A stretch of DNA of 60,258 bases from Deltaproteobacteria bacterium (GCA_016926265.1 JAFGOW010000025.1:1-60258), one strand, 5' to 3'; numbered from the stretch's first letter, positions 42,741 through 51,859 are shown. Notes: generated from the letters alone by a model not told the origin. Numbers and translations: made by a program.

Positions 42741-43084
42741 TGCAGCTCCACCTCGTGGGTCTTCCCCTCCCGGTCCCGGAACAGGACGGCGCGGCGCTGG
42801 ATCTCGACAATGGTGAAGAGATGGTCGGCGCTGCCGAGACGGACCGTGACCCGGTCCTTCACCCCATACCTTTTCTCGCCCCCCTTCTCCCCGCAGCAAA
42901 GCACCACCTTCCGGAAGCCCTCGGCGATGACGATCCCCTTGATCTCGCAGGTTTTGATCGCCTCTTCGTAATTGAGGGTTCCGGCCTGGTCAAAGGGGTT
43001 CCGCTCCTCGGCGGCTCCGGCCCCGGCCGGCAGCAGCAACAGCATCGCGGCCGCGATCGCGGCCCGCATCCGACTCTTCTCCAT
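42737..43084 (-). CDS. Small exported PilP/GspC-like protein
   Basis: Signal peptide, RNPF motif, beta-rich IKGIV..VGD-like region, directly upstream of the secretin. Confidence 0.65.
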   Translation of the reverse strand: MEKSRMRAAIAAAMLLLLPAGAGAAEERNPFDQAGTLNYEEAIKTCEIKGIVIAEGFRKVVLCCGEKGGEKRYGVKDRVTVRLGSADHLFTIVEIQRRAVLFRDREGKTHEVELQ

Positions 43085-43208
43085 GCTCTCCGTTCCTTTT
43101 GAAATGCCCGTTTCCTCTGTCAGATCAAAACGCTTCGTAACGACTCACCACACCCCGCATTCAGAGGTGATTCTTCAGGCGGCGCTACCGGTTCCAGGCA
43201 ATCGAAAC

Positions 43209-43292
43209 CCTGAATTCCCGATAAAGGCCTTCGGGAATGACCCCCTGGGCATTCCATCTGTCATCCCCGAATGGTTCCGTCGGGGATCCAGG
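43209..43292. repeat. Paired REP-like palindromes, inverted copy of 59961-60044
   Basis: ATTCCCGATAAA..TTCGGGAATGAC and GTCATCCCCGAA..TCGGGGATCCA. Confidence 0.8.
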
Positions 43293-43424
43293 GGTTTGGG
43301 TTTGGATTCACCGCCCGTGGACCGGGTGAAAATCAGCCTTTTCCGTACGCTGGACAGTTCCAACGGTTCCACCCTCTTCGCGGCCCCCCGGCTTAATGGC
43401 ATCCCGGCGTTTTATCCGACCTCT

Positions 43425-43570
43425 CTTCGCCTTTTTGGCGTCTTCGCGTGAAACAAGACCTTGTTTGACCGCCCGCTCGTTCCACTCGCTCAAGGACGCC
43501 AAGGGCGCAAAGGAAACCATCCCTTTCTTCCCCCCTCTTTGCGTCCTTTGCGATCTTTGCGGTAAAAGAC
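43425..43570. repeat. Short-period hairpin repeat, homologous to 24030-24178
   Basis: Direct visual alignment over about 140 bp. Confidence 0.8.
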
Positions 43571-43593
43571 CCCGTCGATTTTGAACCGCTCTG

Positions 43594-44130
43594 TCAGATC
43601 ATCAGATCGAAGGTCGCCTGAAGCGGCTTGCCCTCGCTCTTTTCGAGGCGCAGTTCCCGCACCCGCACCGCGTCCTCCATCCCCTTGAGCTCCTCCAGAA
43701 ACGCGATCAGCCCGGAATGGCTGCATTCCATCGTCATCTGGTAGACGTTCCAGGGAAAGAAATCCCCCGGCACCACCGGTTTCGGGACGATCCCCTTGAG
43801 GATCAGGCGGTGGCGGGTCATGCACTTGGTGATGCGCCCGAGCAGTTCGGTGATCTCGTGCTGCGCCCCGGTCTTGACCGTGCGCTGCGCCATCTTCTCC
43901 TTGAGTTCGCCGAGCAGCTTCTTCTGTTTTTCGATCCGCTCCCGGACCGAGATCAGCGGCGGCGTCTCCTTGAGGTTGTTGACCTCCGCGACCACTTTGT
44001 TGAGCCGCTCCACGGTCTTCTTCAGCGCCTTCTCCTGGGGGTCGTAGACCTTCTTCATATAGAAAAAGGTCCCGGCGACGACGATCGCCGCGGCCAGCCC
44101 GAACTTTTCGAACTTGGTGAGCCGCCTCAT
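43594..44130 (-). CDS. PilO/GspM-like protein
   Basis: N-terminal TM, coiled coil, C-terminal ferredoxin-like region (LIAFLEELKGM..VRELRL). ATGA overlap. Confidence 0.75.
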   Translation of the reverse strand: MRRLTKFEKFGLAAAIVVAGTFFYMKKVYDPQEKALKKTVERLNKVVAEVNNLKETPPLISVRERIEKQKKLLGELKEKMAQRTVKTGAQHEITELLGRITKCMTRHRLILKGIVPKPVVPGDFFPWNVYQMTMECSHSGLIAFLEELKGMEDAVRVRELRLEKSEGKPLQATFDLMI

Positions 44131-45632
44131 GACTCCCTGCTCCCGGTCTTGATCAGAAATTCGAACCGCAGCGCCTCTTTGTCCCCCTCCACCTTGACCA
44201 GGGTCGCCGACCGGCACCAGGGCAGGGCCTGGAGATCGGTGGCGTAAACCCCGATCCAGCGCTGGCCGTAGGCGCGGCCGACCACGGTGTATTCATCGGG
44301 GGAGCCGTTCTGGACCAGCGACACCAGCACCACCTGGCGCGGCGCGGCGGCGCCGATCCCCCGCAGGCTGTCGATGACGCGGATGATCTCGGCGTCGGCC
44401 TCCTTTTCGAAAAAGGCGATCTTGCGGGACAGCAAGGCCGCCTCATCCTCCAGCTTTTTCAGCTCCTTGAGCAGGCCGTCGTACTGTTCCACCTTCCCCT
44501 TGCGCGCCTTGAGATCGCGGCTCAGCTCCTCGATCCGCTGCTTGTAGGCAACATCCTGGTGCTTCATGAAGAGGTAGTGGCCGCCGAGCAGCACCACGAA
44601 CAGGGCCGTCACCGCCAGCGGCATCAGGTAGGCGCTCTTCTTCAGCCGCGGGATCAGGGCCTCGCGGTCGCTGATGCCGACCAGGCGGTCGCGGGGGCTC
44701 CTGAGCTCCCGCAGCCCGGCCCCGACCACGGTGCCGAACAGGGCATTGGCGGGGTCGGCGCCCGATTCGGTCAGCCCGGCGGCCCGGGACAGGCTCAAGG
44801 GGCGGACGCCGTGCGTTGAGAAGGAGGCGATGTAGTCGAGCACCGCCCCGTTGGCGGCGCCGCTCCCGGAGACGATGAGCGGCTCCGGGCCCGGGGCCTG
44901 GCGCACCGTGAAGCGCAGCGTCTCCTCCAGCCCCTCCACCATCCCCTCCCCGGACAGCTGGGTGGCGAGGGTTTCGAGGCTGATGCTGAGGGTGTTGATC
45001 TGCTCCGGAACGTTCCCCTTGAGAATGGCGAAGTTGGAGTAGTCCTCCCCGACCTCCAGCACGGCCCGGGGCGCATCGGAGGGCTCCAGGTAGAGCGGCA
45101 TGTAGAAACAGACATCCGGCGGGAAGACGCGGCCCAGGGAAAAGCCGGCGACCTTGAAGCGGGCCTTGAGGGCGCGGTAGACGTTGCGCTCGATGGCCGA
45201 GACCGTGACGTTGATGTCGTCACTCTCTTCCGGGGCGATCTCCCCCGGCTTGACCTCGGGACGGCGCGCCGTCTCGACCCCGATCAGGGCGTTCTGGCCG
45301 CTGATGCCGGTGTAGGGCTCCACCTCCCACTTGACCGCCTCGACCAGCTGGTAGTGCTTGAGGCGGCTGATCTTCTTGCGGTCCATCAGCAGTTCGAAGG
45401 CGCGCGCCAGGGGGGTGACGAAGACCACCGGGCCGGAGGCGACATGGAGCCGTTCCGCCAGCGCCCGGATGGTCTCCACCGGCGGCAGATCCTCTTCGGG
45501 ATTGGGCCGCTTCAGGGCCGCGAAATCGGCCACCTGAAAGCGCCGGCCGCTCTTCTTCACGATGGCGGCGCGGATCTCGTTCCCCGCCACCTCGAAGGCG
45601 ACGATCTTCTTCTCCAGAAATTGCGGTCTCAT
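44127..45632 (-). CDS. PilM-PilN (GspL-like) fusion protein
   Basis: Actin-like N-terminal part (IVAFEVAG, VLEVGED, LIVSGSGA), single TM, coiled coil, PilN-like C-terminus. Confidence 0.75.
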   Translation of the reverse strand: MRPQFLEKKIVAFEVAGNEIRAAIVKKSGRRFQVADFAALKRPNPEEDLPPVETIRALAERLHVASGPVVFVTPLARAFELLMDRKKISRLKHYQLVEAVKWEVEPYTGISGQNALIGVETARRPEVKPGEIAPEESDDINVTVSAIERNVYRALKARFKVAGFSLGRVFPPDVCFYMPLYLEPSDAPRAVLEVGEDYSNFAILKGNVPEQINTLSISLETLATQLSGEGMVEGLEETLRFTVRQAPGPEPLIVSGSGAANGAVLDYIASFSTHGVRPLSLSRAAGLTESGADPANALFGTVVGAGLRELRSPRDRLVGISDREALIPRLKKSAYLMPLAVTALFVVLLGGHYLFMKHQDVAYKQRIEELSRDLKARKGKVEQYDGLLKELKKLEDEAALLSRKIAFFEKEADAEIIRVIDSLRGIGAAAPRQVVLVSLVQNGSPDEYTVVGRAYGQRWIGVYATDLQALPWCRSATLVKVEGDKEALRFEFLIKTGSRES

Positions 45633-45672
45633 CCTTTGGTCGTCCCGGCCACCGGGACCTCTCCTTCATCCC

Positions 45673-47691
45673 TCACGGCAGGGTCCCGAAATCGGCCGTG
45701 TCCAGCTCCAGCTCCTCCTGCTGCCCGCTGCCGGCCGTCACCGTGACGTTGAACAGCATCGCGGCATAGGTTTCGCCGCCGCCGAGGATGCCGTCGCCGT
45801 CGGCGTCGTTCCAGACCACCAGGTAGCGGGCGCCGCTGGCGGCCGTTTCCGGGGTGGTGTCGTCGTAGTTGAAGGCCGGGTCGGCCGCGGTGTTGTCCCC
45901 CGCCACCCAGTCGTCGATGGAACCGTCGCCGTCGGCGTCGGTCAGGGTCGCGGCCGTGAGCTGATCGACCCCGGCAACCGGGGTGGCGTCGGCGCGGAAC
46001 AGCCGCGCCCTGGTGACCCCGGCCGTGGCGTTGCGCACGGTCAGCCGCGGCAGCCGGAAGAAACCCGGCACCCGGTCCGAGGCGGCCACGATCAGATGGA
46101 GGTTGTCGGCGTTGGCCGCGGCCAGCGGATCGTAATCGGCCGCCGTGATTGCTTCGGTGAAGGCCAGCGGCTCCCGGTTCTCGGCGTCGACGGTGCCGCA
46201 GGCGAAGAGCCCGTCGGGGCCCCGGGAGAGGATCAGCAGGGAACCGGCCACGGCGTCGTGGAACCAGAGCAGCTCCCGGCCCCAACCGTCGCGGAGCAGC
46301 TCCTCGGAGCCGCTCCCGTCCGGGGTCGGGAGATAATCATGGCGGCGGCCGATCCCCCATTGGGAGGCATCGGGATCGTCGCTGTTGTCGGCGCCGTTGG
46401 GGTGAGCGCTCCAGAGCTCCCGCGGCTGGCCCTTGGTGTAGGCGGCCGGGGTGTCGTCCTCGTCATCCCAGGAGGAGGAGCCGCTCTCCCAGCGGAACAG
46501 CTTCGGCCAGCGGCACAGATCGCCGCTGAAGCCGGTGTTGTTCCCGGCCGGGGAGACGCCGACCAGGGCCCGCCGCAGCCTCTTGAGAAGGTCCGCGGTC
46601 GCCTGGCGGCGGCTCGCTTCGAGCTCCTCGAAGACGCTCTGCCACTCCCGGGAGGGGAGCTTCAGCACCAGGTTGTCGCGGTTGGCCTCCAGGGACAGAT
46701 CGTAGGCCTTGGCCATGGTGTCGTCGGCATCGACGCTCCAGGCGTGGCCGGTGCAGCTCCCCTTGTTGGGATAGACCCCGGCGCCGTCCGGCCCCTCGGA
46801 GAGGATCCAGAACAGGGTGGCGCCGGCATGGTCGGGATCGGCGGTGATGAAGAACCGGAAGGAGCGCCCCCAGCCGTCGCTGAGGCGGCCGTCGGTCTGC
46901 AGCAGCCGGAACGCCTCCTTGTCGTCGTAATTTTCGCCGAGCTCCCCGGTGGTGGGGCTGTAGTCGCCGTCCTCCCAGGTTTCGAGATTGGACGCGGTGT
47001 GCCACAGCGGCTCCAGGGCATTGTAGCCGGCGTCGTTTTCGGCCCAGTGGCCGGCGTCCGCCGGGTTGTCGTCGGCCGGATTTAACAGATAGGGGCCGTT
47101 CCAGGAAGCGCCCAGATCCTCCCCCGGCGCCGGATGGCCCGAAAGGTCGAACCCCAGCTCCTCGGGATAGCGGGTCCAGAGGCCGCGCGGCTGGCCCTCG
47201 TTTTCCGTCTCCAGGCCGCCGATGTGGTCGGCGTTGGCACTGGCGTCGTCGGAGAGCTTGCGATAAGGGGCGTTCCAGCGCCAGCGCCCCTTGACGAAGG
47301 CGCCCGAGGGGCGGCGGAACACCAGGCCGTCGTCGAGGGTGTAGTCCGGTCCCTGGCCGAGCCCGGCGGCGAGCGCCGCCGGGTTCTCCCAGCCGACGCC
47401 GACGAAGTTGGGCCGCACCTCAGCCCGGGCCTCCCACAGGTCGGGCCATTTTTGGAAATCGCCGACGTAGCCGCCGATCAGGCGCCGCCCGGCCGGGTCG
47501 AAACGACCGTCCGGGCCGAGCAGGGCCGCACGGATCATCCCCATCCGCATCCGGGTGATCCGCTCCCGCTCCAGATCGTCGATCACCCCCACCGCGGGGA
47601 TCGCCATGGCGGCGAGCAGCCCCAGGATGAAGAGGACGATCAGCATCTCCAGCAGGGTGAAGCCCCGCTCTGGAAAACCGTCAATAGTCAT
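45673..47691 (-). CDS. Large prepilin-like protein (672 aa) with tandem GspG-like domains
   Basis: RG|FTLLEMLIV class III signal; motifs GQPRxLW, DGWGR, ILSxGPDG each occur twice. Confidence 0.88.
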   Translation of the reverse strand: MTIDGFPERGFTLLEMLIVLFILGLLAAMAIPAVGVIDDLERERITRMRMGMIRAALLGPDGRFDPAGRRLIGGYVGDFQKWPDLWEARAEVRPNFVGVGWENPAALAAGLGQGPDYTLDDGLVFRRPSGAFVKGRWRWNAPYRKLSDDASANADHIGGLETENEGQPRGLWTRYPEELGFDLSGHPAPGEDLGASWNGPYLLNPADDNPADAGHWAENDAGYNALEPLWHTASNLETWEDGDYSPTTGELGENYDDKEAFRLLQTDGRLSDGWGRSFRFFITADPDHAGATLFWILSEGPDGAGVYPNKGSCTGHAWSVDADDTMAKAYDLSLEANRDNLVLKLPSREWQSVFEELEASRRQATADLLKRLRRALVGVSPAGNNTGFSGDLCRWPKLFRWESGSSSWDDEDDTPAAYTKGQPRELWSAHPNGADNSDDPDASQWGIGRRHDYLPTPDGSGSEELLRDGWGRELLWFHDAVAGSLLILSRGPDGLFACGTVDAENREPLAFTEAITAADYDPLAAANADNLHLIVAASDRVPGFFRLPRLTVRNATAGVTRARLFRADATPVAGVDQLTAATLTDADGDGSIDDWVAGDNTAADPAFNYDDTTPETAASGARYLVVWNDADGDGILGGGETYAAMLFNVTVTAGSGQQEELELDTADFGTLP

Positions 47692-47767
47692 TGGTCAAGA
47701 GAACCGTCATTGGTCCATGGTCATTGGTCGAGAGAACCGTCAATAGTCAGTGGTCACTGGTCATTGG
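47681..47767. repeat. Heptamer tandem array (TCATTGG variants)
   Basis: Blocks of 2, 3 and 4 heptamers separated by TCRAGAGAACCG. Confidence 0.85.
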
Positions 47768-47963
47768 GAAAGGCGAAAACTGCATGGGGCATTGGGTGAC
47801 CGGCCGTGGCCCCGGGTTCTCGACGGAAACCAAAGGAACGGGGACCGCGGAGGGGTTTCAGGTTTTCCAACCCCAATGCCATGAAACGGTTGCCGTCCTT
47901 TGCCGCCGCCGGACTCATCCCGGGGGTGAAACCCTTTTCACCGCCCGGATCAGGCCGCCGGGT

Positions 47964-47994
47964 AAAAGCGGCGGGGAGGAGTCCCTCCCCGCCG
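47964..47994 (-). terminator. Hairpin/terminator after prepilin 48018-49196
   Basis: CGGCGGGGAGG/CCTCCCCGCCG stem with short T tail on the minus strand. Confidence 0.6.
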
Positions 47995-48017
47995 GTTCTT
48001 TTCATGCCGCTTTGGAA

Positions 48018-49196
48018 TTAATCGGCATTGATGGTGTCGCTATGATCCAGGTCAAGACCCCAGAATTCCTCGTCGTCGGCCGGGAACATGTGGCCTTCGG
48101 GGCACTGGGTGGCATACTGCCATTTTTCCTGGGCGTCGGTGATGGTGAAGGTCCGGACCTTAAGGGTCTGGTCAGCTGCGGTGTAATCGTAGGCTGCGGC
48201 GTCCATTTCGTTGTAAGCGACGGCGGCAAGCTGCACGCCGTCAGTGGTGGAATCGGAGTCCGCGTCCCAGACAACGTCACCGACGGTGGCGTCGAGCATC
48301 CGCTCAGCCGTGGCTTCGAGGCGGGGAAGGACCACGTTGTAGTCGTTGTAGGTGACGTTGTCGGCGTTCTGGATGCCGCCGGGGCAATGGGCCGCGTTGG
48401 CCACGATGCCGGAGGAAACGAGGCCGTTTTCCGGGCCGAAGCCGAGCACGATGCGGCCGAACCAGTCGGGCTCGCCCCAGCCGCGTTCGCCGTCATGGGC
48501 GACAAAGGGGGTGGCGGCGGTGGTGCTGTTAACGCCGATGCCGACCATGGCCACGGCCACGCCTTCGGCCATGGACACTTCCTCCATCGAGGCGGCTTTG
48601 GTGACGGTAGCGGCCAGATCCACGTCGTTGGGGTTTTCAACGCCCAAGGTCGTGGCAAGTGCGTCGGTTGCCGGGTAGTTGGATTTGTAAGCGGTGCCGT
48701 CGTCATTGTAGGCGTCATAGGCGTTGAGGTTGAGGACCTTGACGACGCCCATGTTCTTGAGTTCGGCCGCTTCATCCGCGTTCAGGTAGTGGATGCGGAA
48801 ATGGTTGCGGGACATGAATTCGGAAGCCAAGGTCTCGGCGCCGTTGTCCGGGTCGTCGTCGGAGACGGCCGGGATCTGGAAGGTGGTGGCGGTGACCTCT
48901 TCAACCAGGTTGGTCAGTTTGCTCGGGAAACGGTTGGTCTTTTCGAAGTAGCCGGACATCATGGAGACCATGCGGCTCTGGTTGGAGTCGCATACGGTGT
49001 CGACGGCGCTGCTGGAGATGCCGGCCAGGCGCGGCGCCACCATGGCGATCAAAAAGCCCATGATGGTCAGGACGACCAGGATCTCGAGCAGGGTGAAGCC
49101 TTGCTGATTTTCGATCTTTCTGCGCAGTTCCCCGGCGCGCTCGCCGAGGGTTCTCTCGTTGGCCAGTTTCATTACCAGTCTCTTCAACATCTTCAT
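48018..49196 (-). CDS. Large acidic type IV prepilin (392 aa)
   Basis: QQG|FTLLEILVVLTIMGFLIAMVAP; paralogue of 50273-51427. Confidence 0.9.
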   Translation of the reverse strand: MKMLKRLVMKLANERTLGERAGELRRKIENQQGFTLLEILVVLTIMGFLIAMVAPRLAGISSSAVDTVCDSNQSRMVSMMSGYFEKTNRFPSKLTNLVEEVTATTFQIPAVSDDDPDNGAETLASEFMSRNHFRIHYLNADEAAELKNMGVVKVLNLNAYDAYNDDGTAYKSNYPATDALATTLGVENPNDVDLAATVTKAASMEEVSMAEGVAVAMVGIGVNSTTAATPFVAHDGERGWGEPDWFGRIVLGFGPENGLVSSGIVANAAHCPGGIQNADNVTYNDYNVVLPRLEATAERMLDATVGDVVWDADSDSTTDGVQLAAVAYNEMDAAAYDYTAADQTLKVRTFTITDAQEKWQYATQCPEGHMFPADDEEFWGLDLDHSDTINAD

Positions 49197-49438
49197 TCTC
49201 CTCGTTGGGTTGTTGGTTTCGAGGAGCGTTCCATCCCCAGGATCCGGCTCCCTCCCATGTCATGACATCCTCATTCCAAAACACCCAGGGAACGGCGGGA
49301 AGCGGCGCCGATGGCCGCTCCCGCGCCGTCCGGATCCGGGCCGGGCGGGCAGGAGGCCCCCGCCCGCTGTCACCTTCGGCTCCTTGGCCGCGACAGGTGA
49401 TCCGCGAAGGTCGTCGGTTCACCTCCTTTCAAGGGTTC

Positions 49439-49753
49439 TTATTGGTGCTGTTTTTCCGGGTCGGCGCCGCCCGGAACCGCAGCTGGGCGGGAATCCTCCC
49501 CATGCCAGGCGGGCATTCCGGGCCGGGGCTTGGCCGCCGCCAGTTCGCCGGGATAGTCGACCACGTAGCGGAATTCCTTGCCGCAGCTCACCACGATCTC
49601 CTTCTGGCCGCGCTTCAGAAACCGCATCTCCACCTGGAGGGAACCGTAGCCGTTGTGGAGAAAAAGCTCCGAGTAGAGCTCCAGCAGCTTTTTCTGAATC
49701 TCCCGGTGCTGCCCCATCAGGACCATTATTCTTTTCCTTATTTTTTTAGCCAT
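49439..49753 (-). CDS. Small hypothetical protein (start may be ATG 49726)
   Basis: Protein-like LLELYSELFLHNGYGSLQVEMRFLKRGQKEIVVSCGKEFRYVVD, same strand as the cluster. Confidence 0.75.
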   Translation of the reverse strand: MAKKIRKRIMVLMGQHREIQKKLLELYSELFLHNGYGSLQVEMRFLKRGQKEIVVSCGKEFRYVVDYPGELAAAKPRPGMPAWHGEDSRPAAVPGGADPEKQHQ

Positions 49754-49755
49754 GC

Positions 49756-49770
49756 TGAAATTTATTCGCA
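49756..49770. promoter_or_regulatory. Candidate Fur box
   Basis: TGAAATTTATTCGCA, two mismatches to TGAnAATnATTnTCA, directly upstream of the small gene. Confidence 0.45.
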
Positions 49771-49863
49771 GCGCTTTTATAGATCAGTTCTCGCTGATCC
49801 GCTACTCCTGGCGGGTTTTTTTTTGCTCCTGGCGGGTCAAATTTGGGGGAATACGAAAAGACC

Positions 49864-50158
49864 GGAACCACGAAACACACGAAATACACGAAAGGAAAAA
49901 CCAAAAAACCAGAACCTGTTTTCGGGGTGGGGGATTTGATTTTTTCCGTGTGGTCCGTGTTTTCCGTGGTTAAAAAAGGTTTTGACCTTGTTTTGGAAAG
50001 GCCAGGGTCACCCGCAAAGGCTGGGGGACCACGGAATACACGGAATACGCGGAAGGGGAAAACCAAAAAGCCGGGACCGGTTTTTTGGGGTGAAGGTTTG
50101 ATTTTTTCGTGTGGTTCGTGTGTTTCGTGGTTAAAAATGGTTTTGACCTTGCTTTGGA
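49864..50158. repeat. Two tandem hairpin repeat units with 9-bp periodic arms (period about 160 bp)
   Basis: ACCACGAAACACACGAAATACACGAA..TTCCGTGTGGTCCGTGTTTTCCGTGGT, repeated from about 50026. Confidence 0.85.
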
Positions 50159-50204
50159 TTTTTTCCGGGCGCCTCCTTCCGCTGGTAGCGCGCGGCCCCG
50201 CCCC

Positions 50205-50237
50205 CAAAAAAAGAAGGGCGCGAAACTCGCGCCCTTC
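50205..50237 (-). terminator. Intrinsic terminator after prepilin 50273-51427
   Basis: GAAGGGCGCG/CGCGCCCTTC stem followed by a T-run. Confidence 0.75.
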
Positions 50238-50272
50238 CGGTGCTGTTGTTGCCGCTGGAAAAGCCCCGGCGG

Positions 50273-51427
50273 CTAGCCGCCGTTGAGGACGTTGTTGGAG
50301 TTCATCAGGTCGAGCCCCCAGACCTCGTCGTCGCGCTGCTTGTTGGTGTCGAAATCCCAGGGTTCCATGGCCTCGCCCAGCTTGAGCCCGGTGCGGGTCT
50401 TGTAGTGGTCGGCGTTGCCGGCGATGTCGTAGCTGGCGGAGGGGACGGTGCCGGAAGGCGACCAGGCGACCGCGGTCAGGGTATCGGCGCTGAGCCGGGC
50501 ATAGTTGAGGTTGCCGCTCCCCCACAGAACACTCCATGTCGCCAAGGTAGTGGTATCAGCCAAACGATTGACCGTGGCCTCCAGACGCGGCAGGACCAGG
50601 TAGTAGCCGCCGTAGGTGAAGTTGTCGGCGTTCATGATCGAGCCGGGGCAGTGGGCCGCGTTGGTGACGAGTCCGGAGGAGACCAGTTCCGATTCCGGCC
50701 CCAGGGCGAAGATGATGCGGCCGAACAGATCCTCCTCGGCCCAGCCCCGCTCCACCTGGACATAGCTGAGGCCGGTGCCGGCCAGGTTGATGCCGCAGCC
50801 GCACATGGCGACGCCGACCCCGGCTTCCAGGGCGCAGGGCTCCATGGAGGGGCGCTTGGTGGCGATGGCGGTGATGGAGACCCAGTTGGTGACCCGGTCG
50901 CCTTCGGTATAGGTGGCGTTGCGGCCAACGGCGGCGGCGCCGTCCAGCCCGACGGCGTCGGAGGCGTAATCGTTGAGGTTGTAGACCGTGGTGATCCCCA
51001 GCCCTTTCAGTTCCGCGACCTCTTCGGCGCTCAGGCGGTGGATCATGAACTTGTAGTTCTGGTTGTGCCCCTTGTGAATGACCTCGGGACCGTTGTCCGG
51101 GTCGTCGTCGGAGCAGTAGGGGATCTGGTAGCCGGCGTCGGCCGCGTTGGCCGCGGCCAGGTCGGCGCCGTCGGTCATGACCAGGTTGGTGAGATGGTTG
51201 GGATAGCGGTTGTACTTCTCATAAAACGCCGACACGTAGGTTTTGGCGCGGTTCTTGTTGGAGTCGCAGACCGTCTCCGACGCCTCGTAGGACATGTTCG
51301 CCAGGCGCGGCGCCACCATGGCGATGAGAAAACCCATGATGGTCAGCACCACCAGGATCTCCAGCAGCGTGAAGCCCCGACTCCCCCACTCTTTCCTTCG
51401 ATTTTTCCTCTCTTCCCTCATGTTCAT
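50273..51427 (-). CDS. Large type IV prepilin (384 aa)
   Basis: SRG|FTLLEILVVLTIMGFLIAMVAP; shares SDDDPDNG and NAAHCPG with 48018-49196. Confidence 0.9.
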   Translation of the reverse strand: MNMREERKNRRKEWGSRGFTLLEILVVLTIMGFLIAMVAPRLANMSYEASETVCDSNKNRAKTYVSAFYEKYNRYPNHLTNLVMTDGADLAAANAADAGYQIPYCSDDDPDNGPEVIHKGHNQNYKFMIHRLSAEEVAELKGLGITTVYNLNDYASDAVGLDGAAAVGRNATYTEGDRVTNWVSITAIATKRPSMEPCALEAGVGVAMCGCGINLAGTGLSYVQVERGWAEEDLFGRIIFALGPESELVSSGLVTNAAHCPGSIMNADNFTYGGYYLVLPRLEATVNRLADTTTLATWSVLWGSGNLNYARLSADTLTAVAWSPSGTVPSASYDIAGNADHYKTRTGLKLGEAMEPWDFDTNKQRDDEVWGLDLMNSNNVLNGG

Positions 51428-51715
51428 TTCTTCCCCCCTTTGAGGTTGTAAGGCCGGGCCATCCGCCGCGGTATGCGCTCCTCCTTGGATAAAAAATTAT
51501 TTAAATTTCACCCCCCGGTTGGCGGACCCACACCACCCGTGCCGGGGGGATGTTAACAGCAGCGTCAACTCAGGTTGACAGGCCAAAGGCTGAAGACATT
51601 ATTGCCGAGCGCACGCAGGACGCAGGGGCCGCCGGGAAAAACAGAACCATTTTGCCGCTGATTTTCGCTGATGAACGCTGATTTAGAATCACAGACCCTC
51701 AGAACCTTTTTCTAA

Positions 51716-51859
51716 CAGGGTGTTGAAAAACAAGAATTTGGCCCCTTAGACAAGGCGCGAGGATTTTGAAAAGCGCAGCATATACAGACAATATGTGAGC
51801 ATTTGAAAAATCCGAGCAACGCAGCGTAAGGGCCAAAGGCGCAGCTTTTCAACAGCCTG
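51716..51859. mobile_element. 144-bp MITE, copy 2
   Basis: CAGGGTGTTGAAAAA..CTTTTCAACAGCCTG, colinear with 24414-24557. Confidence 0.85.

Noticed and set aside
49864-50158. Possible CRISPR array
   Set aside because: Only two long degenerate units, no constant repeat with unique spacers, and no cas genes.
48018-51427. Geobacter-type conductive e-pilins
   Set aside because: Those pilins are short or truncated. These are about 390 aa with large head domains.
51551-51579. Short palindromes TGTTAACA and GTCAAC-N4-GTTGAC upstream of a pilin gene
   Set aside because: Single short occurrences with no second instance seen, so they cannot be supported as operators.
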